This document shows positions 1 through 9,172 of a stretch of 64,000 bases of DNA, piece after piece. The stretch lies in contig OZ252299.1 in the NCBI GenBank assembly GCA_965250285.1, positions 5,856,001-5,920,000 on the forward strand, read 5' to 3'. Within the stretch, counting starts at the first letter, position 1. Each line of letters begins with the position of its first letter. Source of the stretch: Myxococcota bacterium (GTDB lineage: Bacteria; Myxococcota_A; UBA9160; UBA4427). Made by a program: the position numbers and the translations under genes. A model generated the notes under the pieces. That model was not told where the DNA came from and made no database searches. It saw only the letters and a program-made list of their open reading frames with translations.

Positions 1-735
1 GCCCGTCCACGAGTAGTTGCGCCGCGGGCCTGCTGGGGTCTGGCTCACGGCCTCGCCTTCGCCGCAATACGACGTCGGCATGCCCTGACCGAAGACCGGA
101 TCGGCGTTGAACCCGGCGATCGCCTGGGGCGAGAACTGCTCGAGCGCGGCCTCGATGTCGTTCGGGTTGTCGTTGCCGAGCAAGCCCCAGAGCAGCTCGA
201 TCGCGCCGCCGAGGAAGTCGGTCAATGCGCCGACGTCGCCGCCGAACTGGTCGACGAAGTCGACACCGGTGTGCGGCGAGCCCACGGTCGTGATCGAAGC
301 CACGAGGTCGGGGCGCACGCCCGCGACGTATCGAATGTCGAGGCCGCCCTGGCTGTGCCCGATCAGGTTGTACTTCTCGTTCGGCTTGCCCCGGATCGCT
401 CGCAGCTGGTCGAGCTGGACGATGAGCTGCTCACCGCGCGCGGCCGAAGAGTTCGCGGGGCTCACCTCGGTGATGTAGACGGTGCCCCCCTTGTCTTCGA
501 TGTAGTCCTCGATGCCGTACCAGTAGTCGATGATTCCGAGGTACGACTCGGCGCCGAGGAAGCCGTGCGAGAGCACGATCGGGTACTTCGTCTTCGCGTA
601 GTTGCACGAGAAGAAGCACCACGCCTGTGCGCTGCTCGCAAAGAGCAGCGTCGCGGCGAGCGCCGCGCTGGCGACGAGCCAGCGCCCCTTCGGTTGCCTC
701 GCTCGAGTCGCTTTGGTTCGTTGCCGTCTGTCCAT
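1..735 (-). CDS. Secreted triacylglycerol lipase (family I, Pseudomonas/Burkholderia-like), 3' end outside window
   Basis: Not in the ORF track because it runs off the window edge. Hand translation from ATG 735 (SD GGAGG) gives a signal peptide, then YAKTKYPIVLSHGFLG, LIGHSQGGL (GxSxG nucleophile) and ITTVGSPH. Confidence 0.9.
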   Translation of the reverse strand, partial: MDRRQRTKATRARQPKGRWLVASAALAATLLFASSAQAWCFFSCNYAKTKYPIVLSHGFLGAESYLGIIDYWYGIEDYIEDKGGTVYITEVSPANSSAARGEQLIVQLDQLRAIRGKPNEKYNLIGHSQGGLDIRYVAGVRPDLVASITTVGSPHTGVDFVDQFGGDVGALTDFLGGAIELLWGLLGNDNPNDIEAALEQFSPQAIAGFNADPVFGQGMPTSYCGEGEAVSQTPAGPRRNYSWTG

Positions 736-1034
736 GCCGAGTTGCCCTCCGTCTCGGTGATCCTGTTCGGTGTTGGTCCGAGCGTCGTTCCAGGTCCCGA
801 CGCCATTAGAGCCGCCGGCCGCTCCACTGTGAAGTGATTTTCTCGGTTTCGCGCGACGCAGCGCGGCGCGTCGATGCGTCGGGGGATTCGACCGACAGCT
901 CGTTTGCGACCCATCGGGCCAGCGCGATTCGTGGCAGGCCGACTGCGTGTCGCAAGTGAAACGGCGCGCCGAATCCCGCCGCATGGTGCAGCCGTCGCGC
1001 CCGCTATCTTCCTGCGCCTGTATTGGAGGAAACG

Positions 1035-1934
1035 ATGATTTCGCCGTTGTTCGACCCCGATCGCTGGGACCCCGTGTCGGGGTTCGCGTTCGAGGACATC
1101 ACCTATCACCGCGCGAAGGAGCACGGCACCGTCCGGATCGCCTTCGATCGCCCCGACGTGCGCAACGCGTTTCGGCCGCGCACGGTCGACGAGCTGTGCA
1201 CGGCCCTCGATCACGCGCGGATGACGTCGGACGTCGGCTGCGTGCTGCTGACGGGCAATGGCCCCTCGCCGAAGGACGGCGGCTGGGCGTTCTGCTCCGG
1301 TGGGGATCAGCGGATCCGCGGCCGCGACGGCTACCGCTACGCCGAAGGGGAGACCGCCGACACGATCGATCCGGCCCGCTCGGGGCGGCTGCACATCCTC
1401 GAGGCCCAGCGCCTCGTGCGCTTCATGCCCAAGATCGTGATCGCCGTGGTGCCCGGCTGGGCGGTGGGTGGGGGGCACAGCCTGCATGTGACCTGCGACC
1501 TGACCCTCGCGAGCCGCGAGCACGCGGTCTTCAAGCAGACCGACACCGACGTTGCGAGCTTCGACGGTGGGTTCGGCTCGGCCTATCTCGCCCGTCAGGT
1601 CGGCCAGAAGTTCGCCCGCGAGATCTTCTTTCTCGGCCGCGACTACGATGCGCAGAAGGCCTACGAGATGGGGATGGTCAACGAGGTCGTCCCCCACGAT
1701 CGCCTCGAAGAGGTCGCCCTCGACTGGGCCGCCGAGATCAACACGAAGAGCCCCACCGGTCAGCGCATGGCGAAGTACGCGATGAATCTGATCGACGACG
1801 GCCTCGTGGGCCAGCAGGTATTCGCCGGCGAGGCCACTCGGCTCGCCTACATGACGGACGAGGCCGAGGAGGGGCGGGACGCCTTCCTCGAGAAGCGCCC
1901 CCGTGACTTCTCGAAGTTCCCCTGGCACTACTGA
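1035..1934 (+). CDS. menB: 1,4-dihydroxy-2-naphthoyl-CoA synthase
   Basis: Crotonase-family motifs AFCSGGDQRIRG, GWAVGGGHSL, SFDGGFGS, EGRDAFLEKR; SD GGAGG before ATG 1035. Confidence 0.95.
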   Translation: MISPLFDPDRWDPVSGFAFEDITYHRAKEHGTVRIAFDRPDVRNAFRPRTVDELCTALDHARMTSDVGCVLLTGNGPSPKDGGWAFCSGGDQRIRGRDGYRYAEGETADTIDPARSGRLHILEAQRLVRFMPKIVIAVVPGWAVGGGHSLHVTCDLTLASREHAVFKQTDTDVASFDGGFGSAYLARQVGQKFAREIFFLGRDYDAQKAYEMGMVNEVVPHDRLEEVALDWAAEINTKSPTGQRMAKYAMNLIDDGLVGQQVFAGEATRLAYMTDEAEEGRDAFLEKRPRDFSKFPWHY

Positions 1935-1989
1935 CCCACGACGAGCGCTCCGGCGCGTAGAATGGGTGCCGTCAATCGAGGAGAACGAC

Positions 1990-3216
1990 ATGGGCATCGA
2001 TGCACGCACCCGACGACACGCCGACATCCGCAAGCTCACGGTCGCCGAAGTCTTCGACGACGTGCTGCCGTCGGCCGTCGGCCAGCACGGTGATCTCGCA
2101 GCGCACGGCGCGGCGACCCTCGATCTGCCGCCGCTTGCGCTGCGTGCCGAAGGCCGCTCGGTCACGCTGAACCGTCGCGGTCCTGGGCTCGAGCTCGTGG
2201 CGGGCGAGACCGACGCCGCCACTGTGGCCGAGCTCGATGCCCGCGCGCTCTCGAATCTCGTCCAGGATCTGCAGACGACCATGGGCCTCGCGATGAACTC
2301 GCAGGTGAAGATCGTCGAGGGCGGATTCGACGCGTGGATCGGTTGGGAGCCCGTGCTGCGCGCGCTGCTCGACGGTCGCAAGGTCTTCGAGCCGGGCGAC
2401 GTGACGTTCGAGGCCGAAGACGGCTCGCCGCTCGATGTGCACCGGAGCTTCGGCCTCGACGACCCGAGAGAAGAGAAGGCGTGGTTCCTCGAACAGACCG
2501 GCTTTCTGCACGTGCGCGACGTCTTCGAGCCCGACGAGATGGACGCGATCTCGGCCGATCTCGACGCGGCGCTCGCCGAGGCGCGGCCCGACGATGGCGA
2601 GTCGTGGTGGGGCGGCGACGGCGAGGGCCACGAGCAGCCCGTGCGCGTGCTTTGGTTCCACGAGAAGAGCGAAGCGCTCGCGCGGCTGATTCAGGATGGA
2701 CGCCTGCAGTGGATCGCCGATCTGACCGGCGAGACGCACGACGGATCGCGCATCGGGGCCGAGGGCCTGATCAAGCCGCTCGGCATCAAGACCGGGCTCT
2801 CCGATCTGCCCTGGCACAAGGACTGCGGGCAGGGACAGCACTCGTACCGCTGCAGCGGTCTCACGACGGGCATCTCGGTCACCGGCGCCGATCGCGAAAG
2901 CGGTGCGCTGGGGGTCGTGCCCGGTTCGCACCGTGCGAACTGCCGAATCGCGGGCAAGGACCCGATCCTCGATCTCGAGTCGTGGAAGATCGAGACGAAG
3001 CAGGGTGACGTGACGATCCACTGCGGCGACACGCTGCATCGCGCCTACCCGCCGACGAAACAGCCTCGGCGGGTCTGCTACACGCACTTTCCGCTGGCGC
3101 CGCTCGACGGCGACGTCGTGCCCGAGACCGACAAGCGTGAAGAGCGGGCGGCGAGGGCGCGCCTGACGAACGTGCGCGATCGAATCAGCGCGACGGGCGG
3201 CGACGCGCGCGCCTGA
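1990..3216 (+). CDS. Phytanoyl-CoA dioxygenase (PhyH)-family 2OG/Fe(II) enzyme with N-terminal SCP2-like region
   Basis: WHKD (HxD), GALGVVPGSH, GDVTIHCGDTLH; SD GAGGAG and upstream TAGAAT. Confidence 0.75.
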   Translation: MGIDARTRRHADIRKLTVAEVFDDVLPSAVGQHGDLAAHGAATLDLPPLALRAEGRSVTLNRRGPGLELVAGETDAATVAELDARALSNLVQDLQTTMGLAMNSQVKIVEGGFDAWIGWEPVLRALLDGRKVFEPGDVTFEAEDGSPLDVHRSFGLDDPREEKAWFLEQTGFLHVRDVFEPDEMDAISADLDAALAEARPDDGESWWGGDGEGHEQPVRVLWFHEKSEALARLIQDGRLQWIADLTGETHDGSRIGAEGLIKPLGIKTGLSDLPWHKDCGQGQHSYRCSGLTTGISVTGADRESGALGVVPGSHRANCRIAGKDPILDLESWKIETKQGDVTIHCGDTLHRAYPPTKQPRRVCYTHFPLAPLDGDVVPETDKREERAARARLTNVRDRISATGGDARA

Positions 3217-3287
3217 GCGAGGCCGGGCGTTCGCGGTGCACGCGGCGCGCACGCGTGCCCAGGCGTCTCACTCGCTCGTGCACGCCT

Positions 3288-4646
3288 TCAATCGTCTTCG
3301 AGTGTTTCGAGGTAGCCGAGCACGCGCAGGCGTTCGATCGCCTCGGCGTCGATCTCGCCGGGGGCGGGCGCGTCGGTGCCCGGCGCGAGGCCGACGGCCA
3401 GGGCATCGAGGCGTTCTCGGTGCAGTGCGAGCACCTCGGGATGTTCGGCGTGGACGTCGCGGGTCTCGCCGGGGTCGATCTCGAGATCGAAGAGGGCGGG
3501 CGGCCCGCCCTTGCGCGGCCAGACACTCTTGAACCGACCGAGTCGATACGTCTGGTACAGCGCCTCACTGACGAAGAGCTCGGGCTCGGTCTCCCGCGCG
3601 GGGAGCGTCGGGACGCCAGCGGCGATCGAGCGCAGCATCCCCATCAGGTCGTCGCCCCGGATCGTGACGTCGGTGCGGTCGAAGACCGCCGGTCGCACGA
3701 TGAGCGGCACGCGCAGCACCTGCTCGTACGAGGGGTTGCCGAGGTGCCCACCCCGCGGTCGCACGGGGTGCGGCTCGCCGAGCAGCTCGCCGTGATCCGA
3801 GGTCAGCACGATGACCGAGCCCTCGAGCAGGCCCTCTGCCTCGAGAAACGCGACGAGATCACCGAGCCGCTCGTCGAAGAGGGTCACCCCCTTGGCGTAG
3901 CCCTTCTTGAGCAGCGCGTAGTCATGCACGTCGAGGTACTGCGCGTAGAGAAAGAAGCGGTCGCTCGGTCGCTCGCGCAGCACCTCGAAGAGCTCGGTGT
4001 TGAGCGCGAGGCCGGTCCGCGATTCGGCGTGGCGGCGCTGGCTGTTCGACCGCGACTCGGGGTCGGGTGCGAGGCCGATCTCGAGCCAGGCGTCGAAGCC
4101 CTGGGAGAAGCCCATCGGGTCGAAGAGCAGCGGGTTCGCAGTCGCACCGACGGTCCAGTAGCCGGCGGCCTTCATCTGTTCGGCCAGGGTCTCGAGGTGC
4201 AGCGGCACGCAGAGGTCGCCCTCGGTCTCGCGAAAGCGGGCGAGGCCGCACCACGTCTCGGCGGTCCACGGGAGCGATCGATCGTCGCGCCCGAGCTCGA
4301 GGCTCGGCACCTCGCCCGTGAACATCGAGCCCATCGACGTCACCGTCAGATGGAACGACGACAGCGCGTCGGGGAAGACCTGGCCCTGCGCCGCCAGGGC
4401 ATCGAGGTGGGGCGTGGCCACGGCTGCGCCATAGGCGCCCGTCCGATCGGGCCGAAGCGTGTCGGCGACGATGAAGATGATCCGCTCGGGGCCGGGCATC
4501 GGGGCGGGCGCGTCTTGGCAGCCGAGCGCCACCGAGACCAGCAGGCCAAGGGGGAGAAAGAGGGGAAGGCCGAGGCGTCGAACGAACGAAGTTCGTCGAG
4601 GGCAGCTCCCTCCCTTCGGAAGGTGTCGTCGAGCAGCGCACGCCAC
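3288..4646 (-). CDS. Sulfatase-like (alkaline phosphatase superfamily) lipoprotein
   Basis: IFIVADTLRPD, TSDHGE, LRVPLI, LFDLEIDPGE motifs; lipobox-like VALGC. Confidence 0.8.
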   Translation of the reverse strand: MACAARRHLPKGGSCPRRTSFVRRLGLPLFLPLGLLVSVALGCQDAPAPMPGPERIIFIVADTLRPDRTGAYGAAVATPHLDALAAQGQVFPDALSSFHLTVTSMGSMFTGEVPSLELGRDDRSLPWTAETWCGLARFRETEGDLCVPLHLETLAEQMKAAGYWTVGATANPLLFDPMGFSQGFDAWLEIGLAPDPESRSNSQRRHAESRTGLALNTELFEVLRERPSDRFFLYAQYLDVHDYALLKKGYAKGVTLFDERLGDLVAFLEAEGLLEGSVIVLTSDHGELLGEPHPVRPRGGHLGNPSYEQVLRVPLIVRPAVFDRTDVTIRGDDLMGMLRSIAAGVPTLPARETEPELFVSEALYQTYRLGRFKSVWPRKGGPPALFDLEIDPGETRDVHAEHPEVLALHRERLDALAVGLAPGTDAPAPGEIDAEAIERLRVLGYLETLEDD

Positions 4647-4763
4647 GCGGCCACGTTAGCCGCGGCCTCGAGCACCCACCATCGGCTATCGTCGCGGGCC
4701 GACACGCGCGCGGCGTTCATGATCGATGCGGCTGCGCCCTTCCCACCGCCCTCCGGAGCCCCC

Positions 4764-5627
4764 ATGACGAAGACCGCAGGATTCATCGGCCTCGGTGACA
4801 TCGGCAAGCCCCTCGCCGGCAACCTCGCGCCCAAGGGCTTCGACGCGATGGTCTACGACCTCGCGCCCGAGCCGGTCGCCGAGCTCGTCGAAGGCGGGGC
4901 CAAGGCGGCCGCCTCGGCCCGAGAGGTCGGCGCGCACGCCGACGTGATCGGCATCTGCGTCCCCGAAGACGATCACGTCCGCGCCGTGATGCTCGGTGAC
5001 GACGGCCTGCTCGCAGGCGCCCAGGCCGGCACCGTCGTCGCGATCCACTCGACCGTGCAGCCCTCGACGATCGTCGAGCTCGCCGAGATCGGCGCCGAGC
5101 AGGGCGTCGAGGTGATCGACGTCTGCGTGACCGGGGGCGCTGCCCGCGCGGCGGAGGGCACCGTGACCTTTCTCGTCGGTGGCCCCGAAGCGACGCTCGA
5201 GAAGGCGCGGCCGTATCTCGAGGCATCCGCCAGCGACATCATCCATGCGGGTGAGCTCGGCAACGGCGCGAAGCTGAAGCTCTGCATCAACGTCGTGACC
5301 TACATCCAGTGGGCCGCTGCATACGAGGGCATGAAGCTGGCGATGGCTTCCGGGCTCGGGGCCGAGGTGTTCGAGAGCGCGGGGCGCGCCAACGGGCAGC
5401 TGACCGAGCTGCAGCAGCGCTACCTGATCGGCGTGAAGCTGCCGCCCGAGGCGCAGCAGAGCGAGGCCTACCAGAAGGTCGTCACCGGTCACATGCATAC
5501 GGCCGAGAAGGATCTCGCGTGGGCGCTCAAGCTCGCCCACGACAACGGGCTGGCGATGCCCGTCTCTGGCCTCGTGTCGCAGATGATGGCGAAGCTCTAT
5601 GGCGTCGAAGACGCCGGGCGTCGCTGA
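4764..5627 (+). CDS. NAD(P)-dependent beta-hydroxyacid dehydrogenase (3-hydroxyisobutyrate dehydrogenase family)
   Basis: GFIGLGDIG Rossmann motif, DVCVTGG, GNGAKLKLCIN (catalytic Lys), KDL; start trimmed to ATG 4764 with SD GGAG. Confidence 0.85.
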   Translation: MTKTAGFIGLGDIGKPLAGNLAPKGFDAMVYDLAPEPVAELVEGGAKAAASAREVGAHADVIGICVPEDDHVRAVMLGDDGLLAGAQAGTVVAIHSTVQPSTIVELAEIGAEQGVEVIDVCVTGGAARAAEGTVTFLVGGPEATLEKARPYLEASASDIIHAGELGNGAKLKLCINVVTYIQWAAAYEGMKLAMASGLGAEVFESAGRANGQLTELQQRYLIGVKLPPEAQQSEAYQKVVTGHMHTAEKDLAWALKLAHDNGLAMPVSGLVSQMMAKLYGVEDAGRR

Positions 5628-5684
5628 CACGCGGGCCCGGCGACCCGCCGCTCCTGCTCGGCTCGCCGGGTCGGGGACACGTCG

Positions 5685-6557
5685 ATGACGACCGAGGCTC
5701 CGAGTCAGAAGATGTGTGCGTGCAGCGGTGTGCGCTGGTGCGCCGCGTGCCGGGCGCCCGACCGCCGTGCCCACTGGGGCCTACGCGAGCCCGTCGCCGA
5801 GCCCGACTTTCTGCGCGACCGCGCCGTGGCGCCCGGGCGCCGCGCAGACGGCAGCCGCATCCACCTGTTCGACGTGGCGTCGCAGCGCGTCCCGGGGCTC
5901 GAAGGGTTCTCGGGTCTGATGGTCTGGCCCGACTTCGTGAGTGAGGTCGAGGCCGAGGCGCTGCTCGCCGACATCGACGCGCGTCCCTTCCAACCGGCGC
6001 AGAGCGGCAAGGCGAAGCAGCACTTCGGCCCGCGCATGAACTTTCGAAAGCGGCGCATGAACGCGTCGCGTTTCGATGGGCTGCCTCGGTATGCGCGCGC
6101 GCTCGAGGCGCGGGTGCGCCAGCGGCTCGATCCCGCCGCGGCCCCGGCCGGTCTCGTCGAAGCGCTGAATGAGTTCGAGACGACCGACGCGTTCGTCCTG
6201 CGCTACGAGGCCGCTCAGGCGTCGAACCTCGACCCCCATGTCGACGACACGTGGGCCTACGGCGAGCTGATCCTCGCTCTCTCGCTCGAGCGGGACGGCT
6301 GGCTGACTTTTCTCGACGCCGACCCCCAAAATGGTGTCGAACGCCCCTTCGAGTGTGTTCGCGCTCACCTTCCAGCCCGCTCGATGGCGCTGCTCTACGG
6401 CCGTGCGCGGTACGATTGGTTCCACGGCATTCGTGCCCTCGACGTCGTGGGCCGGCGCACCAGCATCACGCTCAGGACGCTTGGCTCATCGCTCCGTTCG
6501 ACCGATGAGGGGAGGGCCGTGCGAGCGCGCGCCGAGCAACAGCTCGCGCCTGTGTGA
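5685..6557 (+). CDS. AlkB-family 2OG/Fe(II) dioxygenase, ALKBH4-like
   Basis: HVD...H...RTSITLR catalytic set; N-terminal CxCxxxxxCxxC; QSGKAKQHFGPRMNFRK block. Confidence 0.85.
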   Translation: MTTEAPSQKMCACSGVRWCAACRAPDRRAHWGLREPVAEPDFLRDRAVAPGRRADGSRIHLFDVASQRVPGLEGFSGLMVWPDFVSEVEAEALLADIDARPFQPAQSGKAKQHFGPRMNFRKRRMNASRFDGLPRYARALEARVRQRLDPAAAPAGLVEALNEFETTDAFVLRYEAAQASNLDPHVDDTWAYGELILALSLERDGWLTFLDADPQNGVERPFECVRAHLPARSMALLYGRARYDWFHGIRALDVVGRRTSITLRTLGSSLRSTDEGRAVRARAEQQLAPV

Positions 6558-6613
6558 CGCTTTCGCGTGACGCGCGCCGATGCGAGGAATCTCAGTCGTC
6601 CGGGGGTGGAGCG

Positions 6614-7909
6614 GTGAAGCGCCAGCGGAACGCAGAGGGTCGAGCGAGCGGGGCACGCATCGGTGTGCGCGCACTGGCGGTCGGAGCCGTCCTCGTCACC
6701 GCGGCCGCTTCGACGGCCCAGGACGCGCCCGGTTCGGCCACTTCGCTGGTGCCTGCTTCACGTCCCCTCGTTGCGGCGCCGACGACGTCGCTCGCGCCCC
6801 GGCCGAACGACCGCGATGCGTTGGTGCGCGACGCGCTGCTGCTCGATTTTGCCGGCTACCACACCGGCGCGGCCGACGTGGTGCGACGGCTCCGCGCGCA
6901 GCGCCCGGGCGATCCTCTCGTCGCGTTGATCGAGGTCGAGCATCGCTTCTGGCTCCAGCTCTACGACGTGGGCCCCGTGCGCGACGACCCCGAGCTCGTT
7001 CGTGCGATCGAGCGCGCGCGGGATCTCGCCAAGGCGAATGCCGAGGCCCATCCCGATGACATCGAGGCCCAGGCGCTCTACGGGCGGGCACTCCTTCACG
7101 ATGCGCGCCGACTGGCCCTCGACGGGTATCTGATGAAAGCCGGCAGTCAGAGCGAGAAGGCGCGTGGCGTGCTCGAGGCGGTCGTTCGTGACGCGCCGAG
7201 AGACCACGACTCGCGATATCTGCTGGGCAACTACTACTACTGGGCCGGCGTCCTGCCCGCTTATCTCAAGTACATCAACTGGCTCTGGTTCGTGCCCCAG
7301 GGCGACAAGCACGAGGGGCTCGTGATGCTCCGTGAGGTCAGCACGAGCGCGAGCCCCTATGCCGAGAGCGCGCAAGTGATGCTGTCGGTCATCGACAGCC
7401 ACCACACGCCGACCGCATTCGAGGCCGCGGCCGACCGCTTGGCCATGCTGGCCGATCGCTACCCCAAGAACGTGCTCGTGCTGCATGAGCTCGTCGATGT
7501 CACGTTCAAGCTCGGCCGCTACGACGAGCTCGATGCGCTGCTCGATCGCATGGCTTCGCGCGCCGACGAGCCGCAGCCCGTGCGCGCCTATGCACTCGTG
7601 GCTGAGATGTGGCGGGCCCGCGCAGCGCTCCATCAGCGCCACGTCGACGAGGCCGAACGTCGCCTCGATGCGCTCATGCTGAACCAGGACGAGCTGCCGA
7701 ACTGGACACTCGCGTGGGTCGACGTGATGCGGGGCCAGATCGCCGATCTACGAGGTCGACGCGACGAGGCGAAGCGGCACTACGAACAGGCGACGAAGCG
7801 CAAGGGGCTCTACGAGAGCCAGCGCGCGACGCGCATGGCCGAGTCGGGTCTCGACGCGCCCTTCGATCCGGATGCGTTCGAGCCGCCGCTGCTCGTCACG
7901 GGCGACTAG
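6614..7909 (+). CDS. Exported TPR-like alpha-helical protein
   Basis: Signal-like N-terminus ending ASTAQD, helical repeats with TPR-like patterns (SRYLLGNYYY, RRDEAKRHYEQA); start uncertain (6554 or 6614). Confidence 0.6.
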   Translation: MKRQRNAEGRASGARIGVRALAVGAVLVTAAASTAQDAPGSATSLVPASRPLVAAPTTSLAPRPNDRDALVRDALLLDFAGYHTGAADVVRRLRAQRPGDPLVALIEVEHRFWLQLYDVGPVRDDPELVRAIERARDLAKANAEAHPDDIEAQALYGRALLHDARRLALDGYLMKAGSQSEKARGVLEAVVRDAPRDHDSRYLLGNYYYWAGVLPAYLKYINWLWFVPQGDKHEGLVMLREVSTSASPYAESAQVMLSVIDSHHTPTAFEAAADRLAMLADRYPKNVLVLHELVDVTFKLGRYDELDALLDRMASRADEPQPVRAYALVAEMWRARAALHQRHVDEAERRLDALMLNQDELPNWTLAWVDVMRGQIADLRGRRDEAKRHYEQATKRKGLYESQRATRMAESGLDAPFDPDAFEPPLLVTGD

Positions 7910-7984
7910 CGACGCACGGCAAGAGAGCCGCCGAATCGATCGGCCGGATCCGTACGTGCATCGACGTCGACGGTGGAGCCGGCG

Positions 7985-8596
7985 CTACGCGGCGCCCGGC
8001 GCCGACGTCATCTTCTTCTGCTCTCGCCGCATGTCGGCGTCTTCGTACAGCTTGTGCACGACGTCGAGCGCGACGAGCAGCCGCGCGTACAGGCGAATCT
8101 TCACGCTCTCGAGGCACGCGTAGGCCATCAGCGCGAAGATGCTCGAGGTCAGGGCGACCGCGAGGGCGCCGAGCTCGAGCGACGTGCTGCCGAAGTGCAT
8201 CGACAGGAAGAGGATCAGCATGCCGCCGGTCGTCCCGATGAAGCCGATCGGCGGCAGCAGGCCCGCGACCATCGTGATCGGTGTCGCGTAGTGCGTCTCG
8301 TACTCGTTCATCACGTACTGGCGCGTGGCGTCGTAGATGAAGTCGCTCGGATGGCCGTGCGCCTCGTTCTCGCGCAGGGCCTTCTGCAGCGTGCGCATCA
8401 GCAGACCCGCCAGGGGCTCGACGCGCGCACCGGTGCCTGCAGCCTTCGCCAGCTCGGCCTTGTTGAGGCAGCGGGTGGCCTGCCACGCCTGCAAGCAGGT
8501 CTTGAGCCCCTTCATGAAGGGCACCCAGACCGCGACCAGCGCGGCCAGGGAGACCACCCAGGTCATCATCGCATCGCCCGAGAGCAGCTCGCTCAC
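7985..8596 (-). CDS. MotA/TolQ/ExbB-family proton channel subunit
   Basis: Three hydrophobic segments; LLPPIGFIGTTGGM matches the PxxGxxGTxxGM motif; ALAVALTSS in the last TM; SD AAGGAG. Confidence 0.85.
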   Translation of the reverse strand: MSELLSGDAMMTWVVSLAALVAVWVPFMKGLKTCLQAWQATRCLNKAELAKAAGTGARVEPLAGLLMRTLQKALRENEAHGHPSDFIYDATRQYVMNEYETHYATPITMVAGLLPPIGFIGTTGGMLILFLSMHFGSTSLELGALAVALTSSIFALMAYACLESVKIRLYARLLVALDVVHKLYEDADMRREQKKMTSAPGAA

Positions 8597-8630
8597 GTCG
8601 TCTCCTTCGTCACCCCGAGCCGTGACCGGC

Positions 8631-9149
8631 TCAGCCGTTCCACTTGCGGTTCTTCAGCTTCTCGATGGCTTCGGTGATCGTGTTCTGCTCGCCGAGCGGA
8701 TAGTCGACCAGCATCTGGCCGCGCCCCTCGTAGCGCGCACGAATGTCGTCGAGCACGCGCTGCACGTCGCGCGTGCGGCGCAGCTGGATCAGCAGCTCGC
8801 CCTTCATGAAGCGCAGGTTGGCGTCGGTCGCGGCGACTTCGGGGTGGTCGCTCGTCCACTCGGGCTTGGTGAGCGCGTCGAGGTGCTGCCCGATGTAGCC
8901 GAGCACGAACGGCTCCATCGCGTCGATGCCGCGATCGTCGCGCCGCTCGAGCAGGCTCGTGAGCGTCCGATTCATCGCGCTCAGATCGCCGAGCGCGCGA
9001 TCGAGATCCTGCTTGCGCTGGCTGAGCGCCTCGCCGCCGAGCGGAGCCTCGTTGGCGCGATCGCTCCCGCCTTCGTTCGCCGCCAGCGGCAGGGCGACCC
9101 ACAGGGTCGCGATCACCAGCGCACCGATCGAGAGAAGTCGTCGTCGCAT
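8631..9149 (-). CDS. Exported hypothetical protein with coiled-coil
   Basis: Signal peptide MRRRLLSIGALVIATLWVALPLAA, SD AAGGAG, GC-rich third codon positions, tight operon spacing. Confidence 0.75.
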   Translation of the reverse strand: MRRRLLSIGALVIATLWVALPLAANEGGSDRANEAPLGGEALSQRKQDLDRALGDLSAMNRTLTSLLERRDDRGIDAMEPFVLGYIGQHLDALTKPEWTSDHPEVAATDANLRFMKGELLIQLRRTRDVQRVLDDIRARYEGRGQMLVDYPLGEQNTITEAIEKLKNRKWNG

Positions 9150-9172
9150 GTTCGTCTCCTTCAGGCCGCCGT

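Noticed and set aside
462..2381. 639-aa minus-strand ORF
   Set aside because: Antisense shadow of menB and the PhyH gene; the real minus-strand gene here is the lipase in another frame (1-735).
3255..4763. N-terminal extension of the 790-aa plus-strand ORF
   Set aside because: Antisense to the sulfatase-like gene; the dehydrogenase starts at 4764.
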